DNA of 32,000 nucleotides from Candidatus Saccharimonadota bacterium (GTDB lineage: Bacteria > Pseudomonadota > Gammaproteobacteria > Enterobacterales > Enterobacteriaceae). Below, one piece after another: positions 9,109 to 18,475 of this stretch. The stretch's first letter is position 1, and every line of letters begins with the position of its first letter. The position numbers and the translations under genes are program-made. The notes under the pieces are model-generated. The model saw nothing but the letters and a program-made list of their open reading frames with translations. It was not told the DNA's origin and made no database searches. Where the stretch lies: positions 1 through 32,000 of the forward strand of contig NZ_AP018162.1 in NCBI RefSeq assembly GCF_004296475.1, in the 5' to 3' direction.

Positions 9109-10374
9109 TTATATATATATCTTATTAAGATATGGTATTAATACATTTGGAATTCTAATTTTATTATTATTTTCTTGATAATTTTCTATAATAGAAGCTA
9201 AAGTTCTATTTACTGCTAATCCAGATGCATTTAAAATATGTAAAAATTCTTTTTTATTATTTTTTTTATATTTTAATGATATTCTTCTAGATTGAAAATC
9301 TTTTGTATTTGAACAAGAAGAAACTTCTATATATGAATTATTATAAGGAAACCACGCTTCAATATCATATGTTTTACATGAATTAAATGGAGTATCACCT
9401 GAACATAATAATATTCTTCTATATGGAATTTCTAGTAATTTTAGTATATTTTCTGCATCATTAGTTATTTCTTCTAATGCATTATCAGAATTGTTAGGAT
9501 CAACTATTTGTATTAATTCTACTTTGTCAAATTGATTTAATCTTATTAATCCTTTTTTATTTTTACCATAATATCCATATTCTGATCTAAAACATTGACT
9601 ATATGATACTAATTTGATAGGCAAATCTTTAAAATTTATATTTTTATTTCTAAATAAATTAATTAATTGCACTTCTGATGTAGGTATTAAAGCTTTATCT
9701 GATTCTGAGTTATTTTTTATATAAAAAATATCTTTATTAAATTTAGGAAGTTGACCAGATCCATATAATGATTTAATATTAGAAATTAATGGAACATATA
9801 TTTCTTTATATCCATTTTTATTATGAACATCTAACATAAAGTTAATTAAAGCTCTATTCATTAGAGCAATATTATCTTTTAATACTACAGTTTTTAATCC
9901 TGATATATTTAAAGATGATTTAAAATCTAAACCATTATTAATATATCCTAAAGAAATATGATCTTTTATAACAAAATTAAAATTTTTTATATATCCATAT
10001 TTATATATTTCAACATTTTTATTTCCATATATATCTATTGGAACATCATTATCTATTAAATTAGGTATTTTAAGTAAAAATTCATTTAATTTATTATTAA
10101 TTTCTATAAACTTAATTTTTAATTTAGATAATATTTTTCCTATTTCTATAGATTTTTTTATTAAAAATTCTATATTTTTATTTTCATTTTTTAATATTCT
10201 TATTTCTTCTGAAAGAATATTTTTTTTTTTTCTTAAATTTTCTATATTAATTTGTATATTTTTTTTATTTAAAAAAAAATTTTTAAAAAATTTTATATTT
10301 AAATTAAAATTTCTTTTTTTTAAATTTTCTAAAATATAATTACAACTATTTAAAATTAATTTATAATCTATCAT
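9109..10374 (-). CDS. serS: Serine--tRNA ligase
   Basis: The 421 aa ORF has an N-terminal coiled-coil arm followed by a class II core, with 'LIPTSEV.L.N', 'CFRSE.G..G....GLIRLNQF.KVE' and 'VSSCSN..DFQSRR'. It lies downstream of lolA as in E. coli, where rarA intervenes. Confidence 0.93.
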   Translation of the reverse strand: MIDYKLILNSCNYILENLKKRNFNLNIKFFKNFFLNKKNIQINIENLRKKKNILSEEIRILKNENKNIEFLIKKSIEIGKILSKLKIKFIEINNKLNEFLLKIPNLIDNDVPIDIYGNKNVEIYKYGYIKNFNFVIKDHISLGYINNGLDFKSSLNISGLKTVVLKDNIALMNRALINFMLDVHNKNGYKEIYVPLISNIKSLYGSGQLPKFNKDIFYIKNNSESDKALIPTSEVQLINLFRNKNINFKDLPIKLVSYSQCFRSEYGYYGKNKKGLIRLNQFDKVELIQIVDPNNSDNALEEITNDAENILKLLEIPYRRILLCSGDTPFNSCKTYDIEAWFPYNNSYIEVSSCSNTKDFQSRRISLKYKKNNKKEFLHILNASGLAVNRTLASIIENYQENNNKIRIPNVLIPYLNKIYI

Positions 10375-10390
10375 TCAAAATTCTTAAATA

Positions 10391-10993
10391 TTAATCAATT
10401 ATAACATTCTCTGGTAATGATAAATCAAACAATTTATCTGATAATTCATCATAATCATGATTTTTTAAAACAAAATTAATATATTTTTTTTTACTTAAAA
10501 AAATTTTAAATTCATTTATAACGCCTTCTTTATCTATATTTATAATAAAATTATTATATTTTATTTTATTTTTAGGAAATATAAAAAATGTATCCTTATC
10601 TCTAAAAATTCTAAAATTTTTCCAAAAATTAGAACTACTATTTAATAGTATTTCTAAAATTACATTATTTATATCAAATAATTCTCTTTTTATTGCTATA
10701 TTCATAGAAGGATTATAAAATAATATTTCTACTCCATCAGTTACTACTATACTTTCAATTGGTCTAATTACATGAAATTTAAACATATTTGGTCTTTTTA
10801 TATATAAGTAACCACTTCCTATATTTATATCATTATTATTTTTGTTTATAAATTGATTAAATTCAGATTTAAAATTATCTATTTTAAATATTCTATTTCT
10901 TAAAATAGCATCATCTGATGCATAGGCAACATAAATATCATTAAGAAGTACTAAAATTAATAAAGTAACTACAGTAATTTTTATACTTTTCAT
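10391..10993 (-). CDS. lolA: Outer-membrane lipoprotein carrier protein LolA
   Basis: The 200 aa ORF has a signal-peptide-like N-terminus ('KITVVTLLILVLL...AYA'). The stretch 'GSGYLYIKRPNMFKFHVIRPIESIVVTDGVEILFYNP' aligns with E. coli LolA '[37 protein letters not shown]'. It sits between ftsK and serS as in E. coli. Confidence 0.87.
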   Translation of the reverse strand: MKSIKITVVTLLILVLLNDIYVAYASDDAILRNRIFKIDNFKSEFNQFINKNNNDINIGSGYLYIKRPNMFKFHVIRPIESIVVTDGVEILFYNPSMNIAIKRELFDINNVILEILLNSSSNFWKNFRIFRDKDTFFIFPKNKIKYNNFIINIDKEGVINEFKIFLSKKKYINFVLKNHDYDELSDKLFDLSLPENVIID

Positions 10994-11004
10994 TTTAATT
11001 AAAA

Positions 11005-11463
11005 TTATTTAAATGTTAATTTAATACTAATTATTAATAATATTATATATAATTCAGAAATATAAAAAATATTATTAAAATAATATTTTTTATGTAAATC
11101 TAATATCATATATCCTATAATCCCTCCTGATCTAATTTTATTATATGAACTAAATAAAATTTCAGATAATAAACAAGAAGAAATTAATAATAAAATATTA
11201 CCAAAAATTTTAATTAATAATTTATAAAAAAAATCAAATTTATTATTATTATACTTTGGATAAAAAAATAATATTAAAGGTATAATATACATAGGAAAAC
11301 CAAATATTAAAAATAATATATCTGAAATATTTGATCCTATTTTTCCTCCAAAATTTAGTATTTTATTATTATTAAATGTTAATAAACTAGAATCATTATA
11401 ATTATAACTAAATATTATTAAAAATAAATATAAAATAAATAATTTATATATAAAATTTAACAC
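11005..11463 (-). CDS. ftsK: FtsK N-terminal polytopic membrane (division) domain only; linker and DNA-translocase motor absent
   Basis: The 152 aa ORF has 4-5 hydrophobic segments. 'NFGGKIGSNISDILFLIFGFPMYIIPLIL' aligns with E. coli FtsK '[29 protein letters not shown]', and 'RSGGIIGYMIL' aligns with 'ASGGVIGSLL'. It sits immediately upstream of lolA, the canonical ftsK slot. The start codon is GTG at 11461-11463, and the next in-frame Met is about 57 codons in. The TAA stop lies 11 nt before the lolA start. Confidence 0.75.
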   Translation of the reverse strand: MLNFIYKLFILYLFLIIFSYNYNDSSLLTFNNNKILNFGGKIGSNISDILFLIFGFPMYIIPLILFFYPKYNNNKFDFFYKLLIKIFGNILLLISSCLLSEILFSSYNKIRSGGIIGYMILDLHKKYYFNNIFYISELYIILLIISIKLTFK

Positions 11464-11536
11464 TATAATATAAAAAAAAATTAATAAAATATATAAAATA
11501 TTATATATTATTTATTAAATAAATAACAGTAAAAGA
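11464..11536. promoter_or_regulatory. Divergent intergenic region, presumed to hold promoters for the minus-strand ftsK...lysS block and the plus-strand infA...pgi array
   Basis: At 73 nt this is the longest non-coding gap in the window and the only divergent junction. A TATAAT hexamer lies at 11464-11469 on the + strand. In DNA this AT-rich, -10-like hexamers are not individually significant, so the call is positional. Confidence 0.3.
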
Positions 11537-11746
11537 ATGAAGAATAATATAGAAATGAAAGGAATAGTTATAAATACATTACCTAATATGAAATTTAAAG
11601 TTAAATTAGAAAATGGAAATATAATAATAGCTTATATATCAGGAAAAATAAGAAAAAATTTTATAAAAATATTAATAGGAGATAAAGTTACTGTAGAAAT
11701 AACTCCATATGATTTAAGCAAAGGAAGAATAATATTTAGAAATTAA
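11537..11746 (+). CDS. infA: Translation initiation factor IF-1
   Basis: The 69 aa ORF '[64 protein letters not shown]' is near-collinear with E. coli IF1 (72 aa). Confidence 0.96.
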   Translation: MKNNIEMKGIVINTLPNMKFKVKLENGNIIIAYISGKIRKNFIKILIGDKVTVEITPYDLSKGRIIFRN

Positions 11747-12679
11747 ATGAATAAATTACATAATCCAGTAATGGTTAATGAAGTAATAGATAATTTAAAT
11801 ATAAAAAATAATAGTATATATTTAGACGCAACATTTGGAACAGGAGGTCATACAAATGAAATATTAAAAAATATAAGCAATGATAGTAAATTGATATCAA
11901 TAGATAAAGATTATATGTCATTAAAATTATCAAAAAAAATTAATGATAATAGATTTGAATTTATAAATTGTAGCTTTTCAGAATTATATAATATTCTTTA
12001 CAAAAAAAAAATTTTAGGAAAAATAAATTGTATACTAATAGATCTTGGATTATCTATGTATCAAATAAAAAATTCAGGAAAAGGATTTTCTTTTATGAAA
12101 GATGAAAAAATAGATATGAGAATAAATGATTCTTATGGAATAAGTGCTTATTCATGGTTAAAAAAGGCATCAATTAATAATATAACATATGTATTAAAAA
12201 ATTTTGGTGAAGAGAAATATGCAAAAAAAATAGCAACAGAAATAATAAAAAGAAGAAATAAAAATATTTTTTTTAATAGCACAAAAGATTTAGCTAATAT
12301 AATTTCTTATATTAAAAGAAATAAAAGAACTAGAATTCATCCTGCTACAAAATCATTTCAAGCTATAAGGATATATATAAATAATGAATTTTATGAATTA
12401 AATAATATATTAAACAATATTAATAATTTTTTATCAAAAAATGGGATTTTATTAATAATAAGTTTTAATTCATTAGAAGGTAGAATAATAAAAAATAAAT
12501 TTAAAAATATAGAAAATGATTTTTTAAAAAAAATTCCATTTAATAATAATGAATATAATATATTTAATAAAAAATTTAATAATATTAAAATGATAAAAAA
12601 AATAAAACCTTCAAAAGAAGAAATTAATAATAATATTTCGTCTAGAAGCGCAATATTAAGAATTTTTAAAAAAATTTAA
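11747..12679 (+). CDS. rsmH: 16S rRNA (cytosine1402-N4)-methyltransferase RsmH (MraW)
   Basis: The 310 aa ORF has the motifs 'H.PVMVNEV...L......YLDATFG.GGHT..IL', 'DLG.S..Q' and 'GFSF'. It occupies the first retained position of the dcw cluster. Its ATG directly abuts the infA TAA with a 0 nt spacer. Confidence 0.9.
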   Translation: MNKLHNPVMVNEVIDNLNIKNNSIYLDATFGTGGHTNEILKNISNDSKLISIDKDYMSLKLSKKINDNRFEFINCSFSELYNILYKKKILGKINCILIDLGLSMYQIKNSGKGFSFMKDEKIDMRINDSYGISAYSWLKKASINNITYVLKNFGEEKYAKKIATEIIKRRNKNIFFNSTKDLANIISYIKRNKRTRIHPATKSFQAIRIYINNEFYELNNILNNINNFLSKNGILLIISFNSLEGRIIKNKFKNIENDFLKKIPFNNNEYNIFNKKFNNIKMIKKIKPSKEEINNNISSRSAILRIFKKI

Positions 12680-12688
12680 TTTCATAAT

Positions 12689-12982
12689 ATGAAAAATAAT
12701 TTATTTTTAATAATTCTTAAAGATTTATGTAACAAAACAATATTATTAATAATATATTTTATATTTATATCTGTTTTAATTTTAAATACTAATTTAAAAG
12801 TAAAAAAATTAAATAATATAAAAAAAGAATTGATAGATAAAAATTTTAATTTAATAATAAATTTTAATAAATTAAAAACAAAAAAGTCTATACTTTTAAA
12901 TAGAAATAGAATAGAAAAGATATCTATAAATATACTAAATATGAACTATATTAACAATAATAATATTAAAATATTAAAATAA
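12689..12982 (+). CDS. ftsL: Cell division protein FtsL
   Basis: The 97 aa ORF has one N-terminal transmembrane segment and then a coiled-coil-like region. The C-terminal 'RNRIEKISINILNMNYINNNNIKILK' aligns with E. coli FtsL '[28 protein letters not shown]'. It sits in the canonical slot between rsmH and ftsI. Confidence 0.78.
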   Translation: MKNNLFLIILKDLCNKTILLIIYFIFISVLILNTNLKVKKLNNIKKELIDKNFNLIINFNKLKTKKSILLNRNRIEKISINILNMNYINNNNIKILK

Positions 12983-14613
12983 TGAATGAAGATAATAAAA
13001 TTATAATTTTATTGATAATAATAGTTAATTTAATTATTATTATTTCTAGAATAACATTCTTACAAATATTTAATAATAAATTTTTAAATAATAAAGGAAA
13101 TTCTATTTCATATAGAAAATATGAAAAAATATTACCAAGAGGAATAATATATGATAGAAATAATAAAGTATTAGCGGTAAGCGTATTAACTAAATCTATA
13201 TATATTAATTCATATTTATTAAATAAAAATATTAAAACAGATGCATTAAAAAAAAAAATATTTAAACTTTCAAATTTATTATCATTGAATTTTAATAAAT
13301 TAATTAGAATAATAAATAAAAATTCAAATAAAAAATTTTTATGTTTACTAAAAAATGTAAATAATGATAAGTTAATACAATCTATAATAAAATTAAATAT
13401 AAAGGAATTATATATAAAAAATGAATATATAAGATATTATCCATATAAAGAATTTACATCAAACATAGTTGGATTAACTGATATAGATAATATAGGAATA
13501 GAAGGGATTGAAAAAAAATTTAATAATATATTAAATAACTATAATAAAAATTTTTTTCATAAAGACAAATTTGGAAATATTATAGAATATAAAAATAAAT
13601 ATAATAATTTCATAAATAAAGATATAGTATTAAGTATAGATGAAAAAATACAATCATTTGCATTTAATAAAATGCATGAATATATATTATCAAATAAATC
13701 TAAATATGGAATTATAATATTAACTAATATTAAAACTGGTGAAATATTGGCAATGGTTAACTATCCATCTTTTGATCCCAATAATAGAAAATTTAATACT
13801 AATTTTGTAAGAAATAGATCAATAACTGATTTATTTGAACCTGGGTCTATAATAAAACCATTAGTATTATTAACTGCATTAAAATATGGAATTAATGAAA
13901 ATATAAAAATTGATACAACTCCATACAATGTAAATGGTTATGAAATAAAAGATTCTTTTAAAAGTAATGAATTATCAATGTCTAATATACTTTCAAAATC
14001 TAGTAATACAGGTATATCTAGAATAGCATTATCTATACCTTTTAAATTAATAGTTGATTGTTATAAAAATTTTGGAGTAGGTCAATTAACAAATATAGAG
14101 CTAATAGGAGAAAATAAAGGATTTTTACCCAAAAAAAGAAATTTTAGTAAAATAGAAAAAATAATATTATCATATGGATATGGATTAATGTTAACACCAA
14201 TACAAATATCTAAAATTTATTCTATTATAGGTAATTTTGGAAATTATAAACCTATTACTATATTAAAAAGAAATAATAATAATATAAAAGAAAAACCAAT
14301 TTTTGAAAAAAAAATAGTTAAAAAAATAATAAATATGATGGAAAAAACAACGTATAAAGGAGGAAGCGCAACTAGGGCTTTAATTGAAGGATATAAAATA
14401 GCTGTAAAAACAGGAACTGTTAAAAAAATAGTTAATAAAAAATATGTTAATAAATATATTTCATATATTGCAGGTATTGCTCCAATTGATGATCCAAAAT
14501 TTTCTTTATTAGTAATGTTAGATGATCCAGGATTTAAAGAATATTATGGAGGATTAGTTGCAGCTCCTATATTTAAAGAAATAATGAAAGAAGCTTTAAG
14601 ATTAAATATTTAA
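12982..14613 (+). CDS. ftsI: Peptidoglycan D,D-transpeptidase FtsI (PBP3)
   Basis: The 543 aa ORF has an N-terminal transmembrane anchor and the transpeptidase motifs SxxK ('GSIIKP'), SxN ('SSN') and KTG ('KTGT'). Its start overlaps the ftsL stop in a TAATG arrangement. Confidence 0.92.
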   Translation: MNEDNKIIILLIIIVNLIIIISRITFLQIFNNKFLNNKGNSISYRKYEKILPRGIIYDRNNKVLAVSVLTKSIYINSYLLNKNIKTDALKKKIFKLSNLLSLNFNKLIRIINKNSNKKFLCLLKNVNNDKLIQSIIKLNIKELYIKNEYIRYYPYKEFTSNIVGLTDIDNIGIEGIEKKFNNILNNYNKNFFHKDKFGNIIEYKNKYNNFINKDIVLSIDEKIQSFAFNKMHEYILSNKSKYGIIILTNIKTGEILAMVNYPSFDPNNRKFNTNFVRNRSITDLFEPGSIIKPLVLLTALKYGINENIKIDTTPYNVNGYEIKDSFKSNELSMSNILSKSSNTGISRIALSIPFKLIVDCYKNFGVGQLTNIELIGENKGFLPKKRNFSKIEKIILSYGYGLMLTPIQISKIYSIIGNFGNYKPITILKRNNNNIKEKPIFEKKIVKKIINMMEKTTYKGGSATRALIEGYKIAVKTGTVKKIVNKKYVNKYISYIAGIAPIDDPKFSLLVMLDDPGFKEYYGGLVAAPIFKEIMKEALRLNI

Positions 14614-14614
14614 T

Positions 14615-16093
14615 ATGAAAAATTTTAGAATAAGAAAATTACTAAGTAAATGGATAGATAATAGAATTCCTGACATTTTAATATCAAATATAGTGTTAGA
14701 TAGTAGATTAGTTAATTTTAATTGTGCATTTTTTGCTGTTATAGGGTATAAAAATGATGGTAGAAAATATATAAATAAAGCTATATCAAAAGGAGCATCT
14801 ATAATAATATCAGAAACTGATGATATAAATTTACATAATAAAATAAATTTTATTAATAATATATGTATAGTTTTATTTTATTTATTAAGAAATAATTTAT
14901 CTGAAATAGCTGGATTGTTTTATAATAATCCATGTAAAAAAACTAATATAATATGTATAACTGGCACAAATGGAAAAACCACTATAACATTTTTAACATC
15001 ACAGTTATTAAAACTTTTAAATAAAAATTGTTCATTAATAGGAACATTAGGGAATGGAAAATATGATAATTTAATAAAAACTGAATGTACAACAGATTCT
15101 CCATTTGATATATATAAAGAAATATATAATAAAGTAAAAGAAAAAAATGAATTTATATTAATAGAAGCTTCATCTCATAGTTTATATCAAAACAGAATAA
15201 AAAATTTAAATATAAAATTAGCTGTATTTACAAATATATCACATGAACATTTGGATTTTCATAAAAATATGAAAAATTATAAAGAATCCAAACTTAAATT
15301 ATTTAAAGATCATAATGTAAATTTTTCTATAATAAATTATGATAATGAATTTGGAAAATATTTATATAATTTACTTAAAGATAAATGTTATATATTAACA
15401 TATAATAAAAATGTATTTAAAGAAAAAGTATTAAAAATTATTAATATAAAAATTTTTAAAGAAAATAGTATAATTATATTTGAAAAAGATTCTAATATTT
15501 ATAAACTAGATAGTAAATTTTGTGAAATCTTTAATATAAATAATTTACTAATTTCATTACTTATACTAAATTTTTTTAAATTCCCAATGGAAAATACATT
15601 AAAATTAGTAAATTTTTTAAAACTTCCATGTGGAAGATTAAACTCTACAAAATATAATGATGTAGAAATTATAGTAGATTATGCACATACTCCAGATTCT
15701 TTTAATAAAGTTTTAAAATCAATTAAAAATAGATGTATAAATAATTTATGGTGCATATTTGGATGCGGGGGAGAAAAAGATAAAAAAAAAAGAAAAATAA
15801 TGGCTAAAATAGTAAATAAATACTCAAATTTTTCTATTATAACTACTGATAATCCAAGAAATGAAGAAATTAATAATATAGTTAATGATATAAAAAAAGG
15901 ATTTAATAAATCTAATTACAAAGTTATATTAGATAGAGAAGATGCTATAAGATATTCAATAAAAAATTCTTATAAAAATGATATTATTTTAATATTAGGA
16001 AAAGGTCATGAAGATTATCAAATAATAAAAAATAAAAAAATATTTTATTCTGATATTCATTTAGTTAAAAAAATAGTAAAATGTTTGAATTAA
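14615..16093 (+). CDS. murE: UDP-N-acetylmuramoyl-L-alanyl-D-glutamate--2,6-diaminopimelate ligase
   Basis: The 492 aa ORF has the Mur ligase P-loop 'ITGTNGKTT', plus 'VDYAHTPD' and 'TDNPRNEE' (a DNPR-type motif typical of meso-DAP-adding MurE). It occupies the dcw position after ftsI. Confidence 0.92.
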   Translation: MKNFRIRKLLSKWIDNRIPDILISNIVLDSRLVNFNCAFFAVIGYKNDGRKYINKAISKGASIIISETDDINLHNKINFINNICIVLFYLLRNNLSEIAGLFYNNPCKKTNIICITGTNGKTTITFLTSQLLKLLNKNCSLIGTLGNGKYDNLIKTECTTDSPFDIYKEIYNKVKEKNEFILIEASSHSLYQNRIKNLNIKLAVFTNISHEHLDFHKNMKNYKESKLKLFKDHNVNFSIINYDNEFGKYLYNLLKDKCYILTYNKNVFKEKVLKIINIKIFKENSIIIFEKDSNIYKLDSKFCEIFNINNLLISLLILNFFKFPMENTLKLVNFLKLPCGRLNSTKYNDVEIIVDYAHTPDSFNKVLKSIKNRCINNLWCIFGCGGEKDKKKRKIMAKIVNKYSNFSIITTDNPRNEEINNIVNDIKKGFNKSNYKVILDREDAIRYSIKNSYKNDIILILGKGHEDYQIIKNKKIFYSDIHLVKKIVKCLN

Positions 16094-17457
16094 ATTTATA
16101 TAAAATATCTGAAATAGTGAATGGTGAATTATTAAATTGTAATAAAAATATATTAATATTAACATATTCAATTAATTCTAGAGAAATAAAAAATAATTGT
16201 ATATTTATAGCTTTTAAAGGTAAAAATTTTGATGGTCATGAATTTATACAAGATTCAATAAAAAATGGCGCTAAATCAATAATAGTATCTAAATTTGTAA
16301 AAAATATAAATATTCCTCAAATAATAGTTAAAGATACATATTTAGCATTAAAAAATATTGCATCTTATATAAGGAAAATTTCAAAATCATTTTTTATATC
16401 TATAACTGGATCTTGTGGCAAAACTACTGTTAAAGAAATTTTATATAATATAATAAATAATTATTCAAATAATATAACTTATACATATAAAAATAATAAT
16501 AATAATATAGGTGTTATATTAACAATATTAAATATTAAAAAAACTGATAAATATGTAATTATAGAAGTAGGAGCTAATACTCCATATGAAATTTATGAAT
16601 CAATAAAAATAATAAATCCAGATTTAATATTAATAAATAATTTATATATATCACACTTAAAATTTTTTAAAACATTTGAAATTCTATCAAACTCAAAAGG
16701 AGAAATTTTTTATGGATTAAAAAATAATGGAAGAATATTACTTAATTATGATAATAATAATTGGGATAATTGGAAATATCTAAATATTAATATAGGTAAA
16801 TCACCATTATTTTTTTCATTAAATTATAATAAGAATGTAGATTTTTATGCAAGTAATATAAATTTAAATAAATTTAAATCAAATTTTGTTTTAAATACTC
16901 CTATTGGAAATAAAATAATTGAATTTAATATATTAGGAATCCATAATATATATAATATATTAGCAGCAAGTTCATTATCTATAATTTCTGGAATAAATTT
17001 AGAATGTATATATAATGGAATAAAAAATTTTAATGGTGTTATAGGAAGATTATATCCATATTTTTTAAGAAATAATGAGATAATATTAATAGATGATAGT
17101 TATAACGCAAATATGGGATCTATATATACTGCTATAAAAGTATTAGAAAAAATGCCTGGATATAAAATTTTTGTTATAGGTGATTTAAATGAACTAGGAT
17201 GTGATGAAATTAAATATCATATAGATATAAAATTAAATATTAAAAATAATAATTATAATATAAATAAAATTTTTAGTTTTGGTAAATTGTCTAAATTTAT
17301 AACTAATGGTAAAAATCATTTCTATGATAAAAAAGATCTATTTAATAGTATAAAAAATATATTTAATGAACATAAATATATATCAATTTTAATAAAAGGA
17401 TCAAGAACTAATCTCTTAGATGAATTAGTAAATAATATATTATTTTTATTTAAATAA
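16081..17457 (+). CDS. murF: UDP-N-acetylmuramoyl-tripeptide--D-alanyl-D-alanine ligase
   Basis: The 458 aa ORF starts 'MFELNLYKISEIVNGELL', matching E. coli 'MISVTLSQLTDILNGELQ'. It has 'ITGSCGKTT', 'DDSYNAN' and a C-terminal 'IKGSR'. It overlaps the murE 3' end by 13 nt. Confidence 0.92.
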   Translation: MFELNLYKISEIVNGELLNCNKNILILTYSINSREIKNNCIFIAFKGKNFDGHEFIQDSIKNGAKSIIVSKFVKNINIPQIIVKDTYLALKNIASYIRKISKSFFISITGSCGKTTVKEILYNIINNYSNNITYTYKNNNNNIGVILTILNIKKTDKYVIIEVGANTPYEIYESIKIINPDLILINNLYISHLKFFKTFEILSNSKGEIFYGLKNNGRILLNYDNNNWDNWKYLNINIGKSPLFFSLNYNKNVDFYASNINLNKFKSNFVLNTPIGNKIIEFNILGIHNIYNILAASSLSIISGINLECIYNGIKNFNGVIGRLYPYFLRNNEIILIDDSYNANMGSIYTAIKVLEKMPGYKIFVIGDLNELGCDEIKYHIDIKLNIKNNNYNINKIFSFGKLSKFITNGKNHFYDKKDLFNSIKNIFNEHKYISILIKGSRTNLLDELVNNILFLFK

Positions 17458-17463
17458 AATAAA

Positions 17464-18474
17464 ATGTATAAGAATATAACTAAAATATTATTTAGTATTT
17501 TAACTTCTTTTTTTACATCTTTAATATTAGTTAAATTTATTAAATTTATATTAAATAAAAAAAAATTTTTTCAATATATAAGATATGAAGGACCAAAAAG
17601 TCATTATATAAAAAAAAATACCCCAACTATGGGAGGGATATCTATAATTACATCTATTTTAATAAATTTATTATTTTATACTAAAATTAATAAAAATATA
17701 TTATATATTATAATAAGTTGTTTATTAAACTCGATTTTAGGATTAATAGATGATGTTATAAAGATTTTAAATAAAAAAGATGGTATTTATCCTAGATATA
17801 AATTACTATTTCAAATAGTATTATATTATATAATAATAAATAAATTAAAAATAAATAAAAAAGTAATATTTATACCTTTCTATAAAAAAAAATATGTAAA
17901 TATAAATAAATTCATATATTATTTAATATCTTTTTTTACATTACTAGGAAGTATAAATTCAGTAAATTTAACAGATGGATTAGATGGATTAATATCTGTA
18001 ATATCAATATTTATATTAACATTATTAATTATAATATCATTTATATCAGAAAATTTATATTTATCTAAATATTTTAATATAATACATATACCTAATAATA
18101 ACATATATACTATATGTTCAATAACTATAGGGTCAATAATAGGATTTTTATGGTATAATTCATACCCTTCTGAAATTTTTTTAGGTGATGTTGGATCGTT
18201 ATCTATAGGATATTTAATAGGATTAATACATATAATATTTAGAAAAGAGCTTTTATTATTAATATCAGGTTTATTATTAATAATAGAATCTTTATCTGTG
18301 ATAATACAAGTATTTACTTATAAATATTTTAACAAAAAAAGAATATTTCTTATGTCACCTATACATCATCATTTTGAATTAAAAGGTATTCATGAATCTA
18401 AAATATCATTTAGATTTTGGATATTATCATTTATATTATTTATAATATCAATATTAGCAATAATGAAAAAGTAA
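17464..18474 (+). CDS. mraY: Phospho-N-acetylmuramoyl-pentapeptide transferase
   Basis: The 336 aa polytopic membrane ORF carries 'TPTMGGI', 'DD..K', 'NSVNLTDGLDGL', 'GDVGSLSIG' and 'SPIHHHFELKG'. It is about 20 aa shorter at the N-terminus than E. coli MraY. Confidence 0.95.
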   Translation: MYKNITKILFSILTSFFTSLILVKFIKFILNKKKFFQYIRYEGPKSHYIKKNTPTMGGISIITSILINLLFYTKINKNILYIIISCLLNSILGLIDDVIKILNKKDGIYPRYKLLFQIVLYYIIINKLKINKKVIFIPFYKKKYVNINKFIYYLISFFTLLGSINSVNLTDGLDGLISVISIFILTLLIIISFISENLYLSKYFNIIHIPNNNIYTICSITIGSIIGFLWYNSYPSEIFLGDVGSLSIGYLIGLIHIIFRKELLLLISGLLLIIESLSVIIQVFTYKYFNKKRIFLMSPIHHHFELKGIHESKISFRFWILSFILFIISILAIMKK

Positions 18475-18475
18475 A

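Noticed and set aside
11464-11536. The 73 nt intergenic gap has the size of a tRNA or small RNA gene.
   Set aside because: The sequence is almost pure A/T. It has no GC-containing acceptor or T-arm stems, no GTTC-type T-loop and no plausible cloverleaf. It is more simply the residual divergent promoter region.
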